From Octopus sinensis (lineage: Eukaryota), in contig NW_021834954.1 in assembly GCF_006345805.1 (NCBI RefSeq), forward strand, positions 1-64,000: 64,000 bases of DNA, given 5' to 3'. The notes beneath the pieces are model-generated. The model had not been told where the DNA came from and did not search any database. It saw nothing but the letters and a program-made list of their open reading frames with translations. The position numbers were made by a program, and so were the translations under genes. Below, piece after piece: positions 34,871 through 49,137 of this stretch; position 1 is the stretch's first letter; each line of letters starts with the position of its first letter.

Positions 34871-37436
34871 CCCTTACTTTCGATGTGTGCCCAACCAACT
34901 AGTAATTTGTTTCCTCATAACTTTCTGAAATACCTTTTCAGATGGTGTAGATAAGAATTATGCAGGAATTTGTTGTGTAAAGAAAAGTACAACTGAATGG
35001 AGGTTGTGGATAATTTATACACGTCGACTTTATATCCTCATACCTGTAGATAGAAAATTATGCTGAAAACTATGGCCCAGTGTCGAAATAGCTCATCCAC
35101 ATAAATCGGATATTATTCGTTTTGAGGGGGATTTTTAAAAATTATCTTCACCATGCATTTGAAAATGATGGGGGTGAGGCCTTTATGAAAAGTTATAAAA
35201 ATATGATTTGCACCCGTTTTTAAGCCACCGAACACCATTGCAATTCTTGGGTATAATAATGGGCGATCCTTCGGTATAGGTACCATTAGTACCGGACGTG
35301 GCTTTGTTTACATTTCTGAAGATAACAGAAACCCTTTTCTCCCACCCTAACCCTAACCATGACCCCACCATATATATTAAAAAAACACTTTCTTGAAATG
35401 TTTCCGGTACCTATACCGAAGTTACGCCTAATAATGTATACCGTCGGTAAAGGATGAATTTGTTTTTGTTTGTATAATAAAATATAAATTCTTATTTGGC
35501 AAAATATTTTTAGATGGTGAAAGAGAAAGTATTAAAAGATGAAATAATCGAGAGAAGAAAAAGGGAATTACTTCACCAACGAAACAAAGGGAACGAAAGA
35601 AGTGGGAAAGGATTAACCAGTAGAAGATGGGTGGCGAGGGGTTCAATCTTTTATACTTTTAATGTTTTTTCTTCCTTTCCCTAGAAATTCCCCTAAAAAT
35701 CTGCTGCTAAATATAAATCTATATTCGATGAAAGTAAATTGTCCTTCAAAAAGTGTATTTTACGATGGAAACCAGAAGTGATGAGAGTAATATACGAATA
35801 TTTCATGAAACCCGTTTGATATTCGATTGGGCTGTTCCTGTGTGGGTCTCGGCAACTTGTATACTCCCGTTAAATTGTCAGCGATTCAACCAGTGTTGTT
35901 GATGCAAATGATGACAGCATCCATACACAGGCTATGGCGATGACGAAGGAAGGCGATGATGTGGAATTACTCTTTTACTTGATTCAATCACCTGACTGTG
36001 GCCATGCTGGAGCACCGCCTTTGGACAAATCGACATCAGGACTTATTTTTTTAGCCTAGTTCTTATTCTGTTGTTGTCTTTTGACGAACCATTAAGCTAC
36101 GAAGAACTAAATATAGCAACACTGATTGTCAAGCGGTCACGGGACACAAACAAACACGACGGGCATCTTTCAGTTTCTGTCTACCAAATCCCCCCCCCCC
36201 CAAAAAAAAACAAAACCCTCGGATATGTTTGCGTGGTATCAAGTACCCTGACCTCCTAATATGTTGCAAACTTCTTATTTTTGTTCGGAAAAGTGGGGAG
36301 GGGGTTCGCCCCCCCATCATATCACGGAAACATTGGAATTTTTATTTTCTTACTGAAAATCGTGCGAGTGAAAGAATCAAATAATACCGAAGAGATGTTT
36401 CATTTGCAGATGAGACTGCGGAAGAGAATTGGATCAAAATTTACCATAACATTTTTTCAGATACAAATGAAAGAATAATTTATCTGACACAAACAGAAAA
36501 TAATTGATGGAAATATACTTCAGCAATTTTCAGCAATTTCATGACCTTTTTTGTGTATGTTTAAAAAGAGTTTTTTTAACCCTACCCTTTTAAGTGTATA
36601 GTAGAGAAAAAGAATTTGACTCATGGAAGCATAAAAGTTTTCACAATAAACCGATGGTGAAGATGATGATTATGATGTGCAAAACAAGTACCTGCTAAGA
36701 AAATCCACTTTTCCATTCTTTTGTGGGTGAGGCAGAGATTTTTCTGCCAGATGGCCTTCTTCTTGTGAACCCTCACTAGTTTCCAAGCAAGGTAATATTT
36801 CCCCATGTCTGCACATATTTTCAGGTTGATGTGCATTGACATGTGTTAAGTGATATGAAGACACAAAAACACACAGGACTACCTTCTTTGAGTTTCTGTC
36901 TATCAAATCCACTCAGATGGCTTTAGATGCTGCTATTAAAGAAGACACTTGCTCAAGGTGCTGCTCTGTGGAACTGAACTTGAAATCACATGGTTGGAAA
37001 TCAAAGTTGTTTTCCTAATTTTCTTGGCTTTTCATTATTCATCAATGTTTATTCTTGCTTCATCTGTCACAAAAATTGTAGTTCCGGCAGTTCTCCATGT
37101 GACAACATGACCTACTAGAAATAACAGCACATTTCTCTTCAATTTCTCCTATGGGTTACAAATATTGAAGACTGTATTGGATGACATAATTATAGATATA
37201 GAATGTTAGAGAAATAGACAAGATGTTCATGGATGGAATGTCTATAATCACATGTCTGTTCAGTCAGAACTGACCTGGATCTAAACAACAAGTTATATTT
37301 CTGGAGAAAGACTAATGTTAGTGTCCACCATTCTGTAGTTTTATTTTAAAACCCTTACACAATGTGAAGGTGTCAGTGGAGTTGACAAATATCTAAGCTT
37401 CACACAAGATTCTATGATGTAAATTTTAATAAATGA

Positions 37437-37900
37437 AGTTCATCGTCATCTTTCGACCTCTATACTGGAAGCGATTCGATGGTTTGAGCAGGGCTGGCAA
37501 GCTGGGGAGCTGCAGCACACTCCAGTGTGCCCTTCCTCGTGCCAACCACCTCACAGTTCACAGGTTGCTTTTATGTGGCACTGCACAGGCAATTTTATGT
37601 GCCACCACAGAGTTGCTTTAATGTGGTGCCACTTTAACATGGCACTGCACATCTGCTTTTATGAAGACAGGTCACAAGTGTTTTTTACCACCAGACGGAT
37701 GAGTCTGAATATTTCTGCTGTGGAGTACAGGTCTTCTTGGGTACAGCTGGGTGCCAGGCACCTTTGTCTTTATCATATCACCTGAAACTCTCCCATATCT
37801 TCTTGGGTGTCCCACTCCCATCTACTTTGAGAGATTGGCATTTCTTTATGGAGCTGTTGGCATCCAGCTCAGTTGTTAAGGTAAATGTTTGTTTCTGCAG
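37437..37900 (-). mobile_element. Old RTE 3' end (ORF2 C-terminus and UTR)
   Basis: Minus strand: LDANSSIKKCQSLKVDGSGTPKKIWE...AWHPAVPKKT; degenerate UTR repeats and GAT tail. Confidence 0.6.
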
Positions 37901-38437
37901 TTTATCTCCATAGAATTGAATCTGTATTTTTTAAGTAGCCTCCACATTTTACACTGCTGTTTCTCTATAATTTCAGAACATCAGATGACAGAAGAAGCAT
38001 CATCAATGTCTACCATGTTTTAAAGACTAAACGAAAATATACAAAACTTGTATAACATTGTTTTTTACAAATCTGTGGAAGAATTCCTGTGAAACATTTG
38101 CTCTGAAATAATATATTTAGCCAAATTTCTGAACATTATTGACTGGAATGTCAAGAAGATAAGACTGTGTCATGATTAAAGTTTGATAAATTTATGAAAG
38201 GGTTGCTAAACAAAGGTCGCACAGGACAGAAATACAGCAGCAGAAGTGTTTGTAAGGAACAAAGTATAAAAACGAAAGCAAGAAAAATATATTGACTGGG
38301 ATTTGAGAGGAAAAGTAAGAGAAAAGAGAGAGAAAAGAATTATAGAATAGATTTTTCCCTTAACACCTCATAAAAGAGATGAGTTCATATGACTGAGGTA
38401 TCTGTACAAATCCTTTTTTCGAAAAAGTAACCCAATT

Positions 38438-38845
38438 ATGCACAAACGTATTCATATTGGAGAGAAAGCGTACCACTGTGATATCTGTGGTAAATCATTC
38501 TCTAGCTGTGTTCACTTATCTACACACAAATATATTCATACAGGAGAGAGGCCATATCATTGTGATATCTGTGGTAAATCATTCTCTCAAAGTAATGACT
38601 TAAAGAAACACAAACCTATTCATACAGGAGAGAGGAAATATCATTGTGATATCTGTGGTAAACCATTCATTCAACAGAGTGCCGTATCTATACACAAACG
38701 TATTCATACTGGAGAGAGGCCATATCATTGTGATATCTGTGGTAAATCATTCTCTCAAAGTACTGACTTCAAAAGACACAAACATATTCAAACAGGGGAG
38801 AAAGGAAAAGGGTATTTTCTATGGTTTCTTGTTTGCTATGTTTAA
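38438..38845 (+). CDS. C2H2 zinc-finger protein (4 tandem fingers; probably an exon or remnant)
   Basis: CDICGK.F......L..H...HTGE(R/K) repeated four times; the last finger has His to Gln; a degenerate fifth finger lies upstream at ~38390. Confidence 0.8.
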   Translation: MHKRIHIGEKAYHCDICGKSFSSCVHLSTHKYIHTGERPYHCDICGKSFSQSNDLKKHKPIHTGERKYHCDICGKPFIQQSAVSIHKRIHTGERPYHCDICGKSFSQSTDFKRHKHIQTGEKGKGYFLWFLVCYV

Positions 38846-39349
38846 TATTCCTGTGTTGTAAATTGTGGTGAAAGTATTTCCAAGAATTTTCGATTTTTTC
38901 CATTTGTTTAAGCAGTTTCCTTTCCATGTTCTAAGGGCCTCTATACCAAATCTCCTCCTCCTGACAACCCCACACATTATTCTTTCTTAAATATCGCATC
39001 CTGTAATTAACAGCATATTTTATTGTTTATTGTATTTTAAATGCTTCACTCATTAAATACGTTATACAATGACATAAGTTATTAATTATTTTATACTCAG
39101 GAATATTGTAAAGTTGTCAAATATGTACATAAACAATGACCCCCAAAAATACAAAACAGAAGGGACCACAAAGGAAGAACATGAGGCATAAGTACAGTTT
39201 AGTGGCCCCACACTAGACTGATTCCTTGTTAGCTTTTCAATAATGGTTTCTTTAAATTAAACTTTACAGAGATGAGTTTTCAAATGTCCAGATAAAGATC
39301 ATTTTCATAAAATTGACAATAAACATTTTGGAGGAGATTTTTATTCTCA

Positions 39350-39575
39350 ACGCCAGCCTGTTTTTGTCAACACTATCTTCAGAACTCGAGGTAACCTACC
39401 AGCCTGTTGTCCAACTATGAATCTGGTGATACACAAGCCAGATTGGCTAATTTCTCCTGAGAAAACAGGGGAGACAGAGGAGAACTTGTGAATGCCCAGT
39501 TCTTCCCAGGTAACGAATGGACTTAACAACATAGGCTGGCAGTTAGTGATTTGAGACTTAGAGCTTGTCTGCGAG
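39350..39575 (+). mobile_element. RTE endonuclease fragment
   Basis: NAQFFPGNEWT*QHRLAVSDLRLR resembles ECTPQHRLIVSDFRIR at 1378. Confidence 0.6.
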
Positions 39576-40159
39576 ATTTCCTAGTCTGTTCCGAGTCAAG
39601 AAATAAATCTCCCAGTCTCTCATGCAAAAGACAGACCTAACACGGTCATATGGAGAACTGGGAACCGAAGCCATCATTTCAAAGAACCCTTTATTCACAA
39701 AGGTCATGCAGTATGTCTGTACATATCAAGGAACCTAGACATAGTTACAATGTGCAAGACAAGTAAACAACACCTGGGATTATTAATGGGGACAAAGGGA
39801 TATACGAACTCCCTCACACAGAGATGCGGCTGTGTGCATATATGTGTATATGTATAACAGGAAAATAGAAATGTCTTTGGTGTTGATTCCTCATCACGTT
39901 TCATTTTCTCATTGCAATTTACATATGTAAAGATGTAAGGAATTTCCCATTAGATATTAATCAGGAGCATCACTGATTATCCTTGAGAGGCAAGGAGAGG
40001 GATATAAATGCATTTTCATGCACCCATTCAAATATATATATATATACATACATACATTCTATATATATAAATATATACTTTGATACTTTGATAGGTTTCG
40101 GCCATTAATGGCCCAGGCCATGTCTAACTTAATAGCACCACCTGGTGAAGTCTTTCAAG

Positions 40160-43100
40160 TCAGAATTTGGGCACTATGGCCCACTCAAGTACAGAGTTAT
40201 TGTTTACAGAGACATATCCGTGTGTAGGGGGTTTATCCGGGATTTCTTGAAGGAATCTGTCCAAAGACTTCTTGAACCCTATAGGGTCAGTTTCTGTTTT
40301 AATGTGTTTTGGTGTAATGTTAAAGAGAGCGGGGCCAATTGAGGTGAAATAATTGTGCCGCATTGTTGTTATGAGATGAGAGTGCGATTTTTGTTTTGGG
40401 CGGATGGCACGGGGCCCAAGCCTTGGATGTACCTTAAAGGTGATGCCAACATCATTTGGGCAATGCTGATGGAAATTTTCCACATCATGCAGATGATGTA
40501 GCGCTCACGACGACGTTGGAGAGAATAAAGTTTAGCTTTTCTAGTCAACCCAATAGTCGAGGCCTGTCATGCCATCTATCTTTTTGTGATTGCCCTTTGA
40601 GGTGCTTCAACTTTTATGATACCTTGTATTGTGTGGGGAGACCACAGTGGACAACAGTATTCAAGGTGGGGTCGGGCAAAAGTGGAGAAGAGAAAGATAA
40701 TGGTGTGGATATCTCTCGACTGGAAAGTTCTGAGAATCCAGGAACACATTCTGCGGGCCATGTCAACTTTGGTGTTTATATGAGTGGCCCAGCTTATGTT
40801 GTTGTCCACAATTACTCCCAAGTCTCTGATGTTGTTGGACGCCGCGAGAGTTTCACCTGAAGGAAGGGAGTATGGGAGTTTCAGGGCATCCTCTTTTCCA
40901 AAGTGGATTAACTCAAATTTATCCTCGTTCAGCAGCATATTGTTTTTTTCTGCCATTGGATAACAGCCAGTAGATCTGACTGAAGGCATGTCCGGTCACT
41001 CGCCTCATTTATGACCTTCTGTAGCTTGGAATCATCTGCAAAGATTTTTATGTTGCTGTGCTTGATGATGTCATTAATGTCATTAATGTAAATGATGAAA
41101 AGAAGTGGGCCCAGCACAGTGCCTTGCGGAACGCCACTACTGACTTTGGCTGGGCTTGATTTTACCCCTTCAACTACAACATGTTGAGATCTGTCTGTCA
41201 GGAAACACTTGATCCATTTCAGTAACTTTCCAGAGACACCAATGTTGGATAGTTTTTTCAATAGGATCTTGTGATCGACCCTGTCGAAGGCCTTACTGAA
41301 ATCAAGGTAGATGACATCGGTGTTGGAGCCCTCTCTCAAAGCTCTCAAAATGTCATCAAAGTGATGCAGGAGCTGCGTTAGGCAGTCCCTTCCATTACGG
41401 AACCCATGTTGGTTGGAGATAAGCCGTCTGTTGCTTTCCAGAAATTGGGTTATTCGAGATCTCACCACCCTCTCAAATACCTTGATGATATTAGAGGTGA
41501 GTGAGATCGGACGGTAGTTCACTGCAAGGGACTTGTTTCCCTTTTTGAAAACTGGGACAACAGACTGGGACAGAAGGTTTTTTGGAATATAGCCAGCATC
41601 CAGTGAGTTTCTCCACAGATTAGCAAGGGGAGATGCAAGTTGGTGTCGACACACCTTCAGGACACAAGCAGGGAACCTATCGGGGCTTACTGCTGAATTG
41701 TGTTTTATTTCGTTTATCGCCGCTAAGACATCAGGGGCACTAAACGTTATGTCCGATATAGTGTGTTGGGGGTTGACATCACTGATACAGCCCAGATCGG
41801 CCATATCAGGATTGCTGAAAACAGAGCAGTATTGTTTCTGCAGTATCTCGGCCATGGATTTGGCATTATCTTGGAGAGTGCCAGTTTCATCAATTAGAGG
41901 GCCAACAATAGAGACAGTGACCCTGCGTTTCCTCGCAAACGAAAAGAACACTTTGGGGTTGAGTTTGATTTTTTCAATGGCCCACTTCTCCTCAGCTGAT
42001 CTTTGGTTATTGATGAGGGTCTTCATGCATTGTTGGAGGTTATATTTTTTGGATTCAAGCAGTGCGATAGCCGTCGAATGTGTGTGTTGCTGTTGGCAGT
42101 ACTTTAGTTTGTTAATTTTTTTGTTTGTTCTTTTTATTTTTCTGATAATGGTTTTTCTGTTTTGGGGGATTCTGCACTTTTTGTTCACAGGTCTTGGTGG
42201 GGAGTGTTTTGCACATATGTCTGTGACGGTGTCTACAAAGATCTGCCAAGATGTTTTATGGTTGGTGGAGATGTGTGTATGTGTAAAGGACCAGTCAACA
42301 TTTGATAGCTCGTTCCTGATTGCATCCCAGTTGGCATTATGGAGATCCATGTTGTCAAATGGGTGGGCTGGAGGAAGGTCACTAGGATTAGCTTTCGGCT
42401 GGTGGAATTTCATGTTACAGAGAACCATGTCATGGTCTGAAAGAAGGGTTTTTTCCACTGTAATGTTATGTATAGTGTTAGTGTGGTTACTAAACACTAG
42501 GTCCAAAATGTTCTGATGTCTTGTTGGTGCAAGGACAAGTTGGGACAAGAAAAACTCATTCGTAAAGTCGAAAAGTGACTCTGCTGCTTCTTTGTCAGCG
42601 GTTGAGGCGGGAGTGCTTGGTTTCAAACAGTTTGTAGTCCAGTCAACACAGGGTAGATTGAAGTCTCCCATCATGAGTAGGTTGCTAGAATGGCACTGTT
42701 GAATAAAGCACTTAATGCTGTTGAGGCATTCTTTAAAGCACAGTATGGGTGTTTGGGGCGGCCTATAGAGCCCAATTACTGTCAGGTCATTGGCTTTGTT
42801 GTGCACGGTGACTGATTCACAGTAGCCGTTGGAGAATATACTATTTCCATCTGCCGTAAACGAATCATGCAGGAAAATGGCAGTTCCACCCTTCCTCCTG
42901 CCGATACGATCCGCGCGGATGGTTGTGAAATTCTTCACTCTCACTTCGGCTTCCAAGTGGGAGTTGTCAAGGTGGGTCTCAGTGAGAATGAAGAAAGGGA
43001 TGTGGTGTGGATGGTTACCAACCCAGTCTTCAATGAATTGGACCTTCCATTTTTGTGCATTGATGGAAGGGCTGACACCTTGTGCATTGAGTAGAAATGT

Positions 43101-43190
43101 GGAGGTTAGTGTAGTGGCTGGTTTTGACTGTTGCAGGGAGCTTGGATTTTTTGTGTGTGTTAGTGGTAGCAATGTGGGGAATTGGTGCAC
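40160..43190 (-). CDS. CR1 ORF2 endonuclease-reverse transcriptase (753-aa open stretch, then a few 1-nt frameshifts)
   Basis: ORFs 40929-43190, 40576-40989 and 40160-40483 are successive frames; the first shift lies in a T homopolymer at ~40942-40948. Confidence 0.9.
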
Positions 43191-43668
43191 TGGGGTAATA
43201 GCATAGGATGGTGTTGAGTGATGGCTAGAATATTTTTGTGTATCTCTTTTGTCATGTTCAACATGGCTAAAAAAGAATTTTCCTGCTTAGGGAGCAGTTT
43301 TTGGCTGGATGTGTGGTTGCACTGTTGGATAGGGTTGTAGTTTCCACTTTTGTTGTTGTTGTTGTTGTGTCTTCCTGAAAAGACTGGACCAGCATTACTG
43401 CAGCATGGTGTGTTTCTATTTTTATTTTTATTCAGGTTTGTGTGTTGGCTTGAAGCCCCGTTTCTGTTTGTGCGTCGGGTCCCTGGAAGATGAGTGAAGG
43501 GACAGTCACTCAGTAGACATGTTCTCTCACGTTGGGAATACCGGCAGATTTTGGGACTCCGAGTTGTGTGTGTTTTGAATTTCGATTTACTATTTGGTGG
43601 TGTTGATGTTATTGTGGAATGCGTACTTTGGCCTTGGCCGGTAGTGCGTCTAGTGCCGGGTAGATGCG

Positions 43669-43672
<4 letters not shown>
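43160..43672 (-). CDS. CR1 ORF1 C-terminal remnant
   Basis: Open frame upstream of ORF2 with a repeated THLPGTRRT motif and C-x8-C-x4-C-x3-H-like spacing (CRY..TCLLSDCPFTH); truncated at the TA microsatellite. Confidence 0.5.
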
Positions 43673-43704
<32 letters not shown>

Positions 43705-43783
43705 GGTAGATGCGTATGTATATATATATATACATACATACATTCTATATATATATATATATATATAATATATATACATACAT

Positions 43784-43825
<42 letters not shown>

Positions 43826-44199
43826 TATTATTATTTGAGTGAATAAAACCAAACTTACAAGGAAAAATAAATCAATTTAGAAATACTAAATCGAATTCCA
43901 CACAATATAAAATATATATAAAATATTAGAAAAGAACCACCTTTAATCAATTCAAAATGAATAATTAAATTACACCATCTAGAAAATTACATTTAATAGA
44001 AAAGTTAAAATAACAATAAAAAGTAAAGATTAAGTAAATTACAAAAATAATATAATGTATATAATAGGTAGAAAAATTATTCATTTTGAATTGATAAAAG
44101 GTGGTTCTTTTCTAATATTTTATATATATATATATATATATAATCAGCAGTCATATACAGTTCATAAGTATATATACATGAACAAACATATATCATCTC

Positions 44200-44860
44200 A
44201 TCAGGGAGAGAGTCTGCTTAGATGAGATGCAGTTTGGTTTTGTGCTGGGTAGAAGCACCATTGATGCCATATTCCTGGTTCGACAACTGCAGGAGAAATA
44301 CCTAGCTAAAGATAAACCCCTCTGCATAGCTTTCGTGGACTTGGAGAAAGCCTTTGACAGGGTCCCCCCCCCCGATCCCTTATCTGCGGAAACTGGAAAT
44401 TGATGAATGGTTAATTAGGGCTGTACAGGCCCTATACAGAGAGGCCATTAGCAAAGTTAGGATTGGCAACGAGTATAGTGAAGAATTGATCTTGGCTACC
44501 AGCTCAGCATTGATGTTGAAAGAGATCATCGGTTCTTTCTCAACTGCGCCTCACAAATGATAATCCAGGGAATTACAATCAGGAGAATTAGGAGGCCAGG
44601 AATTAGGACTGGAAAAATGGTAGGAATTCCGTGACAACCACTTCCGACTGTTTGTGGAAGTATGGCAAGCACTCAAATGTTGCTGCTACGCATGTAGCCT
44701 TCCGGCAGTATCCTTCTTCAGCAAGGTTTCTCCACAGTCTCCAGAAAGTTTGTATGGAACCTCACGCTATGTTCAAAGATGTAGGTTGGCTTGACACACA
44801 AGCCAGGTTGGCTACATTCTCACCAGGAAACAGAACAGCGGAGACACTTTTTATTTCTAA
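44200..44860 (+). mobile_element. Scrambled RTE fragments (RT, linker, endonuclease)
   Basis: LDEMQFGFVLGRSTIDAIFLVRQLQEKYLAKDKPL..AFVDLEKAFDRV at 44218-44365; HTSQVGYILTRKQ at ~44795-44835. Confidence 0.75.
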
Positions 44861-46025
44861 GACTCGCCTGAAAATTTATCTCTATCTTATGTTGATTAGA
44901 AATTAATTAACTAAATTGATTTGTAGTTCATAATTGATGAAATTAAACAGTCCACATATTGAAGGATAATTGAAGAAGCATTTCTAAAAAGAATTGCCCT
45001 ATGGATCATTTCACATCATGCTAGAAATAACCGCCAAGTGCACTCAAATTTGCCTTGTTTTACTAAATTGCAAAACGTTTTAAGAAGCATTTGTAAAAAC
45101 CTTTCCCAAATGTGGTCAGTCTTCCTCCTCGAAATAGAAACCAAATTCACTATATTTATCCTTCATTTCTTTTTACAAGTGAAGGAATTTCACTTATATG
45201 TAACGAATTTTCGACAAACAACAAGCAGCTTCCTTGCTATTCAATAAAAAACAAAACACATGAAGTGTCTATAAAATGTATTTTACTGCAGGCGGTCTGG
45301 TATCATGCTAGAAATAACAGCCCATCAGACTATATTTTGCTAGTGTTTTTATGAAGGACAATTTAAGAAATATTTGTAGAAATATTGTCCAGCTGGTGGC
45401 CGTACGTGATGCTAGAGATAACAGCCAGCTATGTTGATTTTTTTGTGTTGTCGTTCATAAAAAATGAAGGAAACCGAGAAATACTTTCTCCCCCCCCTCA
45501 TTATATATTAATATATAACTCCATCCTCTTCTAGTTTCTCATACATTAGTCATCCTCTCTGTTTCCATAGACACACGCACACAGCTATCATTCAATGACC
45601 ATCTCTAATTCTCCGTCCGTTTATCTGATTCCCTCTCTCTCTCTCTCTCTCTCTCTTCTCCCATTATATATTAACACTTCGCCTTTTGTCTCTTTCTCTC
45701 TCAACTCATACTTTCCCTCCCTACTAAAAACGTGTTGTTCTAATTCTCTCTCTCCCCCTCTCTCTTTCCGTCTCTCACTTTTTCTCCTTCTCAATCTCGC
45801 CCCCCCCCCTCATCTCATCTTTTATTCACTTCGCCTATCTTTCTTTCATTCTCTCTTGTTCTTTCAATATTTCTTTTCGTTTTCCTTATTTCCTTCTTTC
45901 TGTCTTTCTTTGTCCCCCTGTTTCTGTCTTTCTCTCCCTCTTTCTTTCTTTCTTTCTTTCCTTGTCTCTCTCTTTCTTTTTTTTTCTTGCAAAATTCCTG
46001 TACGATACAGAAAACTCTCGCACAC

Positions 46026-46063
<38 letters not shown>

Positions 46064-46653
46064 AGTGCATGCACACACAAACACATACACACACACGGAC
46101 ACATATACAGGTACAAAACCGCACGCACACACAAACACACAAACACAGAAGAAACCGCAAACACGCAAACACACTCAGACACATACACACCCACACACAC
46201 GCACAGCCTCGCATCTGAAGAATCTCAAAATATATTCCTTACCAATTTCCGTTTGAAGAGAAAGTAATCTAAAGATACAGAATTACATTTTGAGAATTAT
46301 CGACTGCAAAGGTTTGAGAAATCTCTTTTGTGGGAGAATGGGGCAGAGAAGTAGGAATTGAAACCGGCATAGAATGTACGACAAATGCTGGCATACACTC
46401 ATATACATCTCTCTCTCTCTCTGTATGTGTGTGTGTGTTTGCGTGTATATATTCTTTTCTTGTTTTAGTCATTGACTGAGGCTCTGCTGGAGCAACACCT
46501 TTAGTCGAAAAATCGCCCCAACGACTTATTCTTTGCAAGCCTAATACTTATTCTATCGGTGTGTTTTGCTAAACCGCTAAGTTACGGGGACGTAAACACA
46601 CCAACATTGGTTGTCATGCGATGGTGGGAAGAAAAACATAGACATACTAACAT

Positions 46654-46685
<32 letters not shown>

Positions 46686-46798
46686 TTATATATAGTCAGT
46701 ACAGATAAAGGGTGAAATATAATCAATTTAATAAAATCATCAAATTTCACCAAGTAGTCTTTCGGTAAAGTAAAGGACCATATTCAGTAAAATTATAT

Positions 46799-47122
46799 CT
46801 AATTATAACAATGAGGGTCTTTGCCACAAGTTGCTAGACCACATACCGAAAGTATTAGAAATAGCAGCGAGAGGACTGTTATTTCTTTTACTACAAAAAT
46901 ATGTCCCCCCCCCCCATCCAGAAACGTATGCGTCCATAATTGACCGTGACTGTTTGATTTCGTTATTTTTCTTCTTTTTTTTGCCATAAAATGAGTTACA
47001 AATACTGTTGTTGATGGGGACATATTTTTGAAGTAAAAGAAATAACAGTCCTCTGGCTGCTATTTCTAATACTTTCGGTATGTGGTCTAGCAACTTGTGA
47101 CAAAGACCCTCTGTTATAATTA

Positions 47123-47123
<1 letters not shown>
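46799..47123. repeat. ~110-bp inverted repeat with ~107-bp spacer
   Basis: 46799-46908 pairs with 47016-47123 (few mismatches); contains TAGAAATAGCAGC. Confidence 0.88.
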
Positions 47124-47210
<87 letters not shown>

Positions 47211-47845
47211 GCACGGATTTTTGTCAGTGAACAGGTCGCGGATTTTAGCGACGAAAATATTTTGACAAATTAAACTTAAATGTTGAAGTGAATCGAACGG
47301 CTTTTGTGTGTTTCTTAAATGGCTTACAAACACCTTCCACGCTGCAATTGTTTTCGTTTCAGCACACGATCTCAGATCAAATCACTCGCTATGCGAGTAC
47401 ATCTCCGTAATATATATATATATATATATTATATATTATATATATATAATATATATATATTATATATATATATATATATAGATGGGTGTATTTTTCCCTA
47501 CTTAACAATTAACATGGAAAAAATAGATAAATAGTTACCAGGGTAGCAAAAAGATCACACAAGTAAAAAGGTTGTAACTCCTCTGCGAGTTTCATTTCTT
47601 CATTTCCATGAAGAGAAGGTTACATTCTTTTACACCATTTTATTCCTTAGTTCTTCAAAGTAAGCAGAGTAATTTACTCGTTAATTATTTCATAATGAAG
47701 CCAATTACTTCATATTATCACTAATTATTCATTTCGATTCAGCTATTCCGGACAGAGTTCGATCCCTTGTGCCATATGAGTCATTATATCGATATCGATT
47801 TGGATATATTTACATATCTGTATCTAAAAGATATATCGATTTATA

Positions 47846-48180
47846 GGCGCAGGCGTGGCTTTCCAACCGCATGGTTCCGAGTTCAGTCCCACTGCGTGGC
47901 ATGTTCGGTAAGTGTCTACTACTATAGCCTCGGGCCAAAGTCTTGTAAGTGGATTTGCTAGATGGAAACGGGGAGAAGACCATCGTATACATCTACATAT
48001 CTATGTGTGTCTATCTTTCTATCTGTGTTTGTTACTCTCACTGCTTGACAACCGATGTTGGCGTGTTTACGCCCTTGTAACTTAGTGGTTCAGTAAAAGG
48101 AACCAACAGAATAAGTTCCATTTCTTCGATTAAAATCATTTATGGCGGTACTCCAGCATGGCCGAAGTCAATTGAATGAA
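47846..48180 (+). mobile_element. tRNA-derived SINE, near full length
   Basis: GGCGCAGGCGTGGCT...GGTTCCGAGTTCAGTCCCACTGCGTGGC head through GGTACTCCAGCATGGCCG.AGTC tail. Confidence 0.8.
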
Positions 48181-48379
48181 ACTAAACACACACACACACT
48201 CTCTCTCTCTCTATCTCTCTCTCACAAAATCATGAAAAACAAAATCCGTTAAAGGGCGGAGGACTTCTTGAGTATCAACACCCATCCAATAAATGTGTAA
48301 TTATATATTTACTGTATATCTGATTTTACTCACTAATTTTTATTATTGTATATGTTTATAGTTTGCTTATTATATAAAT

Positions 48380-48590
48380 TTTTATATACTTCACATACAT
48401 ACATACATACATACAAACATACATACATGCATACATACATACATACAGAGAGATAGACATACATACATACATACATACATACATACATACATACATACAT
48501 ACATACATACTACAGAGAGATAGACATACATACATACATACATACATACATACATACATACAAACATACATACATACATACACACACACA

Positions 48591-48624
<34 letters not shown>

Positions 48625-48924
48625 CATACATACATACACACATACATATATACATACATACATATATACATACATACATACATACATAAACATATAAAAA
48701 AAAAAATATAACATACATACATACAACATACATACATACATACATACATACATACATACATACATACATACAACATACATACATACTACATACATACATA
48801 CAAAACAACATACATACATACAAACATCATACATACATACATACATACATACATACATCTACATACATATATACATACACATTATACATACATACATACA
48901 TATATACATACAAACATACATACA

Positions 48925-48958
<34 letters not shown>

Positions 48959-49031
48959 CATACTACATACATATATACATACATACATACATACATACAT
49001 ACATACATACATACATACATACATACATACA

Positions 49032-49065
<34 letters not shown>

Positions 49066-49103
49066 CATACATACATATATACATACATATATACATACAT
49101 ACA

Positions 49104-49137
<34 letters not shown>

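Larger units (their letters stand above)
40073..43675 (-). mobile_element. CR1-type LINE, near-complete ORF2 plus ORF1 tail, 5'-truncated
   Basis: APE (LTETHL, GLYRPP, GDFNLP, SDH) and RT (YRPISLTS, QHGFR, YLDFSKAFDRVDH, GVPQGTVLGPLLF, FADD); 3' end GGCCGAAACCT followed by (ATCAAAGT)2. Confidence 0.95.

Noticed and set aside
35770-35825. GTGATGAG...ATATT...GAAACCCGT hammerhead-like string
   Set aside because: Core position 3 is G without compensation, and stem I does not pair.
40085-40125. GGCC-ATTAAT-GGCC-GAAAC hairpin as a possible hammerhead
   Set aside because: No CUGANGA or UUGANAA core upstream; better explained as the CR1 3'-terminal stem-loop.
41698-43206. Plus-strand ORFs of 272 and 125 aa
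   Set aside because: Antisense shadows of the CR1 ORF2.
44150-44200. Minus-strand CCTGATGAGA motif
   Set aside because: No downstream GAAA or closing stems; it coincides with the RTE fragment boundary.
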